From NCBI GenBank assembly GCA_937930025.1, contig CALGJW010000242.1, positions 842 through 64,841 on the forward strand: a stretch of DNA of 64,000 nucleotides. The letters run 5' to 3'. The stretch's first letter is position 1, and each line of letters begins with the position of its first letter. Made by a program: the position numbers and the translations under genes. Positions 57,076 to 64,000 of this stretch are shown in pieces. The stretch comes from an uncultured Saprospiraceae bacterium. Its GTDB lineage: Bacteria > Bacteroidota > Bacteroidia > Chitinophagales > Saprospiraceae. Under the pieces are notes generated by a model. That model was not told where the DNA came from. It saw only the letters and a list, made by a program, of their open reading frames with translations, and searched no databases.

Positions 57076-58815
57076 ATGGCGCTGTATTTTAAGGCATTTA
57101 CAATTGGTTTTCTTGCCCTTTGGTTTACCCAAAGGGTTACTGCGCAAGTATCTCCTCCAGACTTCCAGTGCATTTTTTCTGACACACTTTTTTGGGATAA
57201 TACTACAAATGCTTGTGGACCATATTTAAGCACGGACATTTACATAAGTAATACACTAACAGGTCCATTTTCTCTTTTAATTAGCTTGACAGACCAAACG
57301 CTGGATAATTATTTTCACCCCAATACTTCGGCAGCCGATCGTTATTATTTTCTTCAACATAATTTCGATTGCCCTGGACAACAATTGGAATCCTCTGATA
57401 CACTTTCGAACCTTCCGCTAGAGAATGCAGTGATAACCTTTGTGACTGTAGATAATGGAAATTCCCAGGTCAACTGGATTCCAAGTGGGTCCCCTCAAGT
57501 GACAGGCTATATCATATACAGAATAACCTCAATTGGAACGGTGCCAATTGATACTGTTTCTGCAGCAACAACAACTTACACAGATGCTGGATCCAGTCCA
57601 GGGCAGGCACCTGTTGGATATTTTGTAGTTGCCTTAGACCCTTGTCAAAACACCAGTAATTTTTTCAATCAAAATACTACGATCCATTTAACTGGAGCAG
57701 CAGAAAATTGTGATGAATCCATCAGTCTTGATTGGACCTTATATGGTGGTTGGAGTAATGTTGAAACCCAAGAAATATATCTTTCTTTAGCAGGAACAAC
57801 TCCGGAAAAAGTTGCTGATTTAAGTGGTTCCGAAACTACTTTTGAAATTGAAAATATTATTTCAGGAGTTGAGTATTGCGTTTACATAGAAGCGCGTGAA
57901 ACTAGTACAGGTTTTGTTAGTCGATCAAATGAGTTTTGCATAACACCCTTAATAATTGATCAGGTAGATTTATTAAAGTTAACGAACTTAAGTGTGCGTC
58001 AGGACAATACGGTAGAAGTAAGTTGGTTTTGGGAAACCGATATTCAAGTAGAATCTTTAGAATTTGAAAATGGATTGAGCCCTAATGAACTGAGTTCTTC
58101 ATTTTCAATGACACCAGGGACTATTCTTGGAAATGAAAATACCGGTGTCGATCCGCAATCCGATGGTTCCCTTGGACGTACATACTATCAATTGGTAACC
58201 ATAGACCCTTGTGGAAGATTTTTTTCTTCAGATTTGGGTTCAACAATATTCCTTTCGGGTTCTCCAGGAGAAAACTTAATGAACAATCTTACTTGGACTG
58301 AATTAGACATTGAAGGGGCTAATTTAATAGGTTATAGATTGTTTAGAAACTATGGTAATGTAAGTGAAGAGATTAGTTTAGATAGTCCCTTTGATAGAAG
58401 TTTTATTGACATTCCTGACCCCGAAGAATTAGCGCAGGCCGAGATATGCTACTATGCTGTTGCCGAATTTGAACTTGTACTTCCCGATGGTAGCCTTAAA
58501 AACTATGAAGCGCGTTCAAATGAAGTTTGTATTCTTCAAAGCACTAAAATCCAAGTTCCAAATGCCTTTGCCCCTGCAGGAATAAATTCGCTATTTAGGC
58601 CATTAATTTCCTTTGATCAAGACATAATTTTCGTCATGAAAATTTATAATCGTTGGGGGGCGAAAATTTTCGAAACAGATGATCATTTGGCTGGTTGGGA
58701 TGGCCGGAGAGGTCTTCAAGAAATGCCTATGGGAGGTTACGTTTATGTTATTGAGGTAACACAACCTAATGGTGAAACAATAAAAAAAGATGGGCCTTTT
58801 GTCCTCATTCGATAG
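57076..58815 (+). CDS. Fibronectin-III-like repeat surface protein with T9SS type-B C-terminal domain
   Basis: Signal peptide (FLALWFTQRVTAQ). C-terminus IQVPNAFAPAGINSLFRPLI...MKIYNRWGAKIFE...GWDGRRGLQEMPMGGYVYVIEV is typical of the gliding-motility-associated CTD. Confidence 0.8.
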   Translation: MALYFKAFTIGFLALWFTQRVTAQVSPPDFQCIFSDTLFWDNTTNACGPYLSTDIYISNTLTGPFSLLISLTDQTLDNYFHPNTSAADRYYFLQHNFDCPGQQLESSDTLSNLPLENAVITFVTVDNGNSQVNWIPSGSPQVTGYIIYRITSIGTVPIDTVSAATTTYTDAGSSPGQAPVGYFVVALDPCQNTSNFFNQNTTIHLTGAAENCDESISLDWTLYGGWSNVETQEIYLSLAGTTPEKVADLSGSETTFEIENIISGVEYCVYIEARETSTGFVSRSNEFCITPLIIDQVDLLKLTNLSVRQDNTVEVSWFWETDIQVESLEFENGLSPNELSSSFSMTPGTILGNENTGVDPQSDGSLGRTYYQLVTIDPCGRFFSSDLGSTIFLSGSPGENLMNNLTWTELDIEGANLIGYRLFRNYGNVSEEISLDSPFDRSFIDIPDPEELAQAEICYYAVAEFELVLPDGSLKNYEARSNEVCILQSTKIQVPNAFAPAGINSLFRPLISFDQDIIFVMKIYNRWGAKIFETDDHLAGWDGRRGLQEMPMGGYVYVIEVTQPNGETIKKDGPFVLIR

Positions 58816-58927
58816 CATCTGTAATTTAACAGTCAATTGCTTGGAATAATTCACAATCTTTTGCCCTATATTTAGGAAAGAATATTTAAAAACAAGGTTG
58901 TTTTTCGAAAATAGAAACCTAGTTTAA

Positions 58928-60364
58928 ATGAACCTTAGATTTTACTTTTTATTGTTTTTTTCCGTTGCCTTCTATTCAAATGGGAGTGCTCAAGTTGTAA
59001 CTGTATCCGAGGAGCTTGCTATGAGAACCGACGATGGATATCAGCTGATTGGTAAAATGAGGAATCGATTTCTCTTATTTCGTCTTAGAGGAGCGGAAGA
59101 TTTTGAAGTCCAAGCCTATGATGAAAAGCTGCGTTTAAGTTGGAAAAAAGAAATAGTTCTTGATAAAAAGAATCCCAAAATAATTGAAATTATCCCGCAG
59201 GATGAAAGCTTTGTGGTTATCTACCAATATCGTAAAAAAGGCAGCTCTTATCTAAAGGCCGCAAAATACGATCCTGCAGCAAACTTGATCGATTCCCTTT
59301 CATTTTTTGATCTGGGAAACTTATGGTATACCCCTAACTTCGAGGCTGTTGTTTCCGAGGACAAATCGAAAATTGTGTTGGTCAATGTTGAAAAACAAAC
59401 CGAATGGAAGCTCTACGCGTTTGATTTGAAAAACATGAAATTTCTCTGGGATAATAAGATTCAACCAGAAAAAACCTTAGAAGCTAAATCTTCGGAATTT
59501 ACCCTTGTAGACAACAAAGCCAATTTTTATTACATACATGAAAAAGACAATCGAAAATTTAAACTAGATGAGCATCGTTTTGTAGTCTTCAAAGCCCAGG
59601 CGAACTCAAAAGAAATTCAATCTTCCGTTTTTCCGATGAAAGATTTTTTAACCTACGATTTGAAGTTCGTTTTTGACAATGTAAACAATCAGCTGATTGC
59701 CGGTGGTTTATTTTCTTCTAATTCTAGGGCACGTGCAAATGGAATATTTGTTTTCCATTCTAAAAATGGTTTAAAAGAAGCACAAGTTATCAAACTTGAA
59801 TTTGATCAAGATTTCATTTCAGGAATTAGTGGGAGAGGAGTGGACGAAGAAAAAGGGATTGAAGAAATCGATGTAGCAGACTTAGTCCTCAGAAAAAATG
59901 GTGGGGTTATTTTATTGCTTGAACGCAATAGAATTTTGGAACGAAGATCAAACAATGGAGGTGGAGGCTTTTACGGAAGAAATGGATCTGGATACATTGT
60001 GGATTATTATTACGACGACATAGTTGCCATGTCAATAAATCCGAACGGCGATTTACTTTGGCAAGATATATTTCACAAGAAACAATACTCCCAGGATGAC
60101 GGCGCTATATTTTCCTCTTATTTCATTTTTAAAACACCTTCAAAGATTAGACTAATTTTTAATGATGATATTAAAAATGATACGAACGTTAGTGAATACC
60201 TAATTAAAGCCAATGGATATTCAGATCGCAATGCTGTCTTCAGCACTTCCTCTCAGGATTTAAAATTACGCTTTAGAGAAGCCCTCCAAATTGCCTCTTC
60301 AGAATTTATTGTGCCAAGCGAAAGAAGAGGGAAGTTTCGTTTGGTTCACGTAATCTACCAATAA
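58928..60364 (+). CDS. Hypothetical secreted protein
   Basis: 478 aa with a signal peptide (FYFLLFFSVAFYSNGSAQ). No recognisable family. Confidence 0.55.
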   Translation: MNLRFYFLLFFSVAFYSNGSAQVVTVSEELAMRTDDGYQLIGKMRNRFLLFRLRGAEDFEVQAYDEKLRLSWKKEIVLDKKNPKIIEIIPQDESFVVIYQYRKKGSSYLKAAKYDPAANLIDSLSFFDLGNLWYTPNFEAVVSEDKSKIVLVNVEKQTEWKLYAFDLKNMKFLWDNKIQPEKTLEAKSSEFTLVDNKANFYYIHEKDNRKFKLDEHRFVVFKAQANSKEIQSSVFPMKDFLTYDLKFVFDNVNNQLIAGGLFSSNSRARANGIFVFHSKNGLKEAQVIKLEFDQDFISGISGRGVDEEKGIEEIDVADLVLRKNGGVILLLERNRILERRSNNGGGGFYGRNGSGYIVDYYYDDIVAMSINPNGDLLWQDIFHKKQYSQDDGAIFSSYFIFKTPSKIRLIFNDDIKNDTNVSEYLIKANGYSDRNAVFSTSSQDLKLRFREALQIASSEFIVPSERRGKFRLVHVIYQ

Positions 60365-60374
60365 AATTATTCGT

Positions 60375-61358
60375 TTGGACGTCCGTAAAAAACTGTATGA
60401 TTTAATCATAATTGGTGCTGGTCCAATTGGTTTGTGTTGTGCAATAGAAGCTAAAAAAGCTGGATTAGATTATTTGATTCTCGAAAAAGGAGTACTGGTA
60501 AATTCACTTTACAACTTTCCCACCAACATGACTTTTTTCTCAACTTCAAATTTGCTAGAAATTGGGGATGTTCCGTTTATAAGTCATTCTGATAAACCAA
60601 CTAGAAGGGAGTCTCTAGAATATTTCCGGAGAGTTTTTGAATCCTGGAATCTAAGCATCAATTTTTTTGAGGAGGTAACCGCAATGGATCAGGTAAATGG
60701 CGCTTACTTAATACAAACCTCCAAGAGTCAATACCGAACTATTTCGGTAATAGTTGCTACTGGATTTTATGACACCCCTCGCCTACTAAATATACCAGGA
60801 GAAGAGCTACCTAAAGTCAAACATTATTATCACGAACCACATCCTTACATTGGTCAAAAGCTAGCTATTATTGGCGCAGCGAATTCGGGCTGTGATGTTG
60901 CATTGGAAACCTATCACAAAGGAGCAGATGTAACTATGGTTGTTCGCAAATCGGAAATTTATCAAAAAGTAAAATATTGGATCAAACCAAATATTGAAAA
61001 TAGAATCAAAGAAGGAAGTATTAAAACATTTTTCAATTCAGAAGTTACCGAAATTCATAAAAACCACCTTTTAATAAAAACCCCGCAAGGAGTAATTAAG
61101 TACCCTAATGATTTTGTGCTTGCAATGACAGGGTACAAACCAAACTATCCTCTTCTTTCAAACTTGGGAATTACTTTTAACGAGGATGAATTTCACACCC
61201 CCCATTTAAATGAAATCACTTTAGAGTCTAATCTTCCAAATGTCTTTCTTGCTGGGGTAATAAACGCAGGTCTGCAAACCAGTAAATTGTTTATAGAAAA
61301 TACGCGTGAACATGCACAAACTATTATACCTCAGATAATTAAGAAATCACAAATTTAG
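60375..61358 (+). CDS. YpdA-family FAD/NAD(P)-dependent disulfide reductase (putative bacillithiol disulfide reductase)
   Basis: TTG start. YDLIIIGAGPIGLCCAIEAKKAGLDYLILEKG...NSLYNFPTNMTFFST is characteristic of the YpdA family. Second Rossmann motif IIGAANSGCDVA. Confidence 0.75.
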   Translation: MDVRKKLYDLIIIGAGPIGLCCAIEAKKAGLDYLILEKGVLVNSLYNFPTNMTFFSTSNLLEIGDVPFISHSDKPTRRESLEYFRRVFESWNLSINFFEEVTAMDQVNGAYLIQTSKSQYRTISVIVATGFYDTPRLLNIPGEELPKVKHYYHEPHPYIGQKLAIIGAANSGCDVALETYHKGADVTMVVRKSEIYQKVKYWIKPNIENRIKEGSIKTFFNSEVTEIHKNHLLIKTPQGVIKYPNDFVLAMTGYKPNYPLLSNLGITFNEDEFHTPHLNEITLESNLPNVFLAGVINAGLQTSKLFIENTREHAQTIIPQIIKKSQI

Positions 61359-61486
61359 ACTACGTATTTATACCCTTCTCGTGGTATTTAGTCAAAAAGT
61401 CATACCCTAAAATGGTTAATAACCTATTATAAAGTCGCAACTAATATTCAAAAGAAGTAACTTTAAAAGAAAATAAACATACACCA

Positions 61487-64000
61487 ATGAACAAGACAAC
61501 CAACCTTTGGATGCTCTTGGCTTTTCTTTTTTGTTTTAGCCAAAACACCCAAGCCCAAGTTTCTACTATTACCCTTGCCCTACAAATATCCAGCGGAGCT
61601 GATGATGCAGAAGAAGTCCCTAGTGGTTTTCTTAATTTAGGCAGCTCAGACATCGAAATGGTGAATGACAATGGTACTAATCAAATTGCAGGATTCAGAT
61701 TCCAAGACGTATTACTTCCATCTGACGCAACTATACTTAGCGCTAGAATGGAGTTTCATGTAGATGAAACCAGTTCACAACCAACGAATCTAAACATTAA
61801 AGCCCAACTCGGAAATGCAGCACCATTTAGTTCTGCTGCAAGAATTACTGCAAGAAGTTATTCTTCTTCTGTCAATTGGCAACCCGATCCTTGGACTACT
61901 GTTAACCAAACCGGTCCAGCGCAGACTACTCCAGATTTATCTTCTATCATTCAAGCGGCTATTAATGGTCCTGGATGGTCAGAAGGAAGCTCATTAGTAA
62001 TTGCAATTGATGGAACTGGTTATAGAAATGCTATTTCGTATAATAAAAATGCTTCGCAATCTGCAAAACTGATTATTGAAGCAGAAGTAGATCTTGACCC
62101 CACTCCAATTTCAGGAGTGATAATCAACGAGGTGGCACCATTTGCTTCAGACTACCTAGATGAAGAGGGTAAGAGAGAAGATTGGATGGAATTATACAAC
62201 ACAACTAATCAGTCTATCAATATAGGAGGATTATATCTTTCAGACAAAGCATCCTCTCCAGATAAATGGCAGATTCCTCTTGGGGTAAGTATTCCTGCAG
62301 GTGGGTATCTCACAATTTTTTGTGATGGCGACTTAACAGACGGAGCATTGCATGCCGATTTTTCATTTAAGGCTAGTGGAGAAAGTGCTGTTCTTTCACA
62401 GCAAACTGCCGCAGGTTTTGAAACACTAGATCGTGTAGATTTTGAAGATATAGCATTTGAAAGTTCTTATGCTAGAATACCTAATGGAACAGGGAATTTT
62501 TCAAAAGTAGGTACTCCTACTCCAAACGCCTCTAACAACGGATCACTACTTTATTTAGAATCTCCTGTAGTTGATCTTGTTTCTGGGAATTATTCTGGAA
62601 CTCAAACGATAACCATTTCGCATCCCTCATCATCCGTAAGTATCAAATACACTTTGGATGGTTCAGATCCTGATGCGAGTAGTGCTACTTATAATGGACC
62701 TATTTCTATCAGTCAAAATTCTGCAGTAAGAGCTATTGCAACTCAATCAGGTTATTCTAATTCCGCGCCTGCTAATGAAGCTTACTTAATCAATGAGAAT
62801 TTGAACATGGATGCAATTTTCATCACAACAGATCCTGACAATTTCTTTGATGATGAGATAGGAATTTACGTTGATGGAACAAATGGTATTCAGCAATATT
62901 GCGCGCCTTATCCAGTTAACTGGGCCCAAGATTGGGAGCGACCAGCTAATTTTAAAATGATTAAGCCGGACGGTAGTTTAGCTTGGGATGTAAACGCAGG
63001 TATAGAAATCAATGGTGTTTGTAGTCGAAACAATGCCATGAAAAGTTTGGGAATAAACTTAAGATCGAAAACCTATGGAGACGGAGCCATCGAATACGAA
63101 TTATTTCCGACAAGATCTCATGAAGATTATCAACGACTTAAGTTGAGAAACTCTGGTCAAGATTTTATTCGAATGGGATTCAGAGATATGTTAAATCAAC
63201 AGCTGGTTATTGGTCAAGTTGATATTGATATGTTGGAAGGAATTCCTACACTAGTTTTCTTAAATGGAGAATTTTGGGGAATTCATAATCTTAGAGAAAA
63301 ATTCTCTGGAGAATACTTCGAGGCAATCTATGATGTTAAAGAAGATGATTTGGACGTAATCAAAAGTCCTGGGATTCCTTGGCAAGAAGTCAAAGAAGGA
63401 AATGACGAAGCCTATATGACTTTGTTTAATTTTATGGAAACAGCTGACTTGAATAATCCTGCGAGCTTCCAAGTTTTTGAAGACAATGTTGATGTTAATG
63501 AATTTCTAAACTATTGGATTTTCATGACCTATTTATCCAATTATGATTGGCCTGCAAATAATCTTAAGGTCTGGAGACATAGACTGGAGCCTGGAGCAAA
63601 ATGGAGGTATGGTGCTGAAGATACTGATGGAAGTACCCAAAACATTTTAGGAGCTCAGGCAGAACCTGAGTATAATACATTGGCAGCCATAATGGATCCT
63701 AATAGTACTGGTTGGCCTAACCATAGCAATTCAACCCTGTTTTTGAGAAAGCTTATTGAAAGAGATGACTACAAAGCAGAGTGGGTGCAAAGAACTTGTA
63801 GTTACATTGAACTCTTTTTCAATTCTTCTGCTGTCAATCAACAAACAGATGCAATGAAGGCGCTTTACCAGCCAAACATTGCAAGACACTTGCAAAAGTG
63901 GGGAAGTGGAAATGCGCTCGGTGGAAACGAATTTTCTTGGAATGAATGGATTGACTTTTACAAAGACTTTTTTGCAACTCGTCCTGATTTCTATAGACAG
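61487..64000 (+). CDS. Secreted lamin-tail-domain (LTD) + CotH-family protein; the C-terminus runs off the right window edge
   Basis: Absent from the ORF track because there is no stop in the window. ATG 61487 gives MNKTTNLWMLLAFLFCFSQNTQAQ and the frame stays open for 838 codons to 64000. LTD-like VIINEVAP...EDWMELYNTTNQSINIGGLYLSD. Chitobiase/FN3-associated-like IKYTLDGSDPDASSATYNGPISI. CotH-like VFLNGEFWGIHNLREKFSGEYF. Confidence 0.8.
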   Translation, partial: MNKTTNLWMLLAFLFCFSQNTQAQVSTITLALQISSGADDAEEVPSGFLNLGSSDIEMVNDNGTNQIAGFRFQDVLLPSDATILSARMEFHVDETSSQPTNLNIKAQLGNAAPFSSAARITARSYSSSVNWQPDPWTTVNQTGPAQTTPDLSSIIQAAINGPGWSEGSSLVIAIDGTGYRNAISYNKNASQSAKLIIEAEVDLDPTPISGVIINEVAPFASDYLDEEGKREDWMELYNTTNQSINIGGLYLSDKASSPDKWQIPLGVSIPAGGYLTIFCDGDLTDGALHADFSFKASGESAVLSQQTAAGFETLDRVDFEDIAFESSYARIPNGTGNFSKVGTPTPNASNNGSLLYLESPVVDLVSGNYSGTQTITISHPSSSVSIKYTLDGSDPDASSATYNGPISISQNSAVRAIATQSGYSNSAPANEAYLINENLNMDAIFITTDPDNFFDDEIGIYVDGTNGIQQYCAPYPVNWAQDWERPANFKMIKPDGSLAWDVNAGIEINGVCSRNNAMKSLGINLRSKTYGDGAIEYELFPTRSHEDYQRLKLRNSGQDFIRMGFRDMLNQQLVIGQVDIDMLEGIPTLVFLNGEFWGIHNLREKFSGEYFEAIYDVKEDDLDVIKSPGIPWQEVKEGNDEAYMTLFNFMETADLNNPASFQVFEDNVDVNEFLNYWIFMTYLSNYDWPANNLKVWRHRLEPGAKWRYGAEDTDGSTQNILGAQAEPEYNTLAAIMDPNSTGWPNHSNSTLFLRKLIERDDYKAEWVQRTCSYIELFFNSSAVNQQTDAMKALYQPNIARHLQKWGSGNALGGNEFSWNEWIDFYKDFFATRPDFYRQ

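Noticed and set aside
61441-61671. Minus-strand 76-aa ORF
   Set aside because: It lies antisense to the signal-peptide region of the long LTD/CotH ORF and is a shadow frame.

Overview
This is an AT-rich Bacteroidota chromosomal segment, Flavobacteriia/Cytophagia-like and probably marine; that lineage is inferred from gene content, not from any search. About 50 genes are dense on both strands.

Core housekeeping genes: clpB, secA, bamA, uppS, a partial mevalonate-pathway operon (type-2 IPP isomerase, class II HMG-CoA reductase, GYDIA-type GHMP kinase), an ALDH7-type dehydrogenase, an NifU-like protein and tRNA-Cys.

Surface and secretion genes are interleaved with these:
- two T9SS type-A sorting-domain ORFs
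- two type-B (gliding-motility C-terminal domain) cargo proteins
- a PorP/SprF-OmpA fusion
- a TonB-dependent receptor with its DUF4249 partner
- an LTD-CotH protein
- a WecA/DegT/MBOAT glycan-modification cluster

Two long ORFs run off the window edges and are missing from the supplied ORF track. I translated them by hand: 1..3516 (-) is PQQ-dehydrogenase / dihaem cytochrome c / NPCBM, and 61487..64000 (+) is LTD/CotH.

The least ordinary part is the non-coding DNA around clpB:
- a tandem array of about 245-bp units with covarying GC-rich hairpins
- a related repeat copy just downstream of clpB
- a 63% G+C structured island in the clpB leader
- an 89-bp inverted-repeat (MITE-like) element
- a 5'-truncated IS4-family transposase

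Other items worth a second look:
- an algal-type vanadium haloperoxidase with an apparent Ser-to-Ala change in the SGH motif
- a four-gene module of ECF sigma, TonB_C protein, FG-GAP type-B cargo and PorP-OmpA
- an Avd-like four-helix-bundle gene flanked by a 13-bp inverted repeat and wedged against the mevalonate operon
- a split FIST / histidine-kinase pair

I see no CRISPR array, rRNA, prophage or recognisable defence system. All family assignments rest on motif recognition by eye and need HMM or BLAST confirmation.
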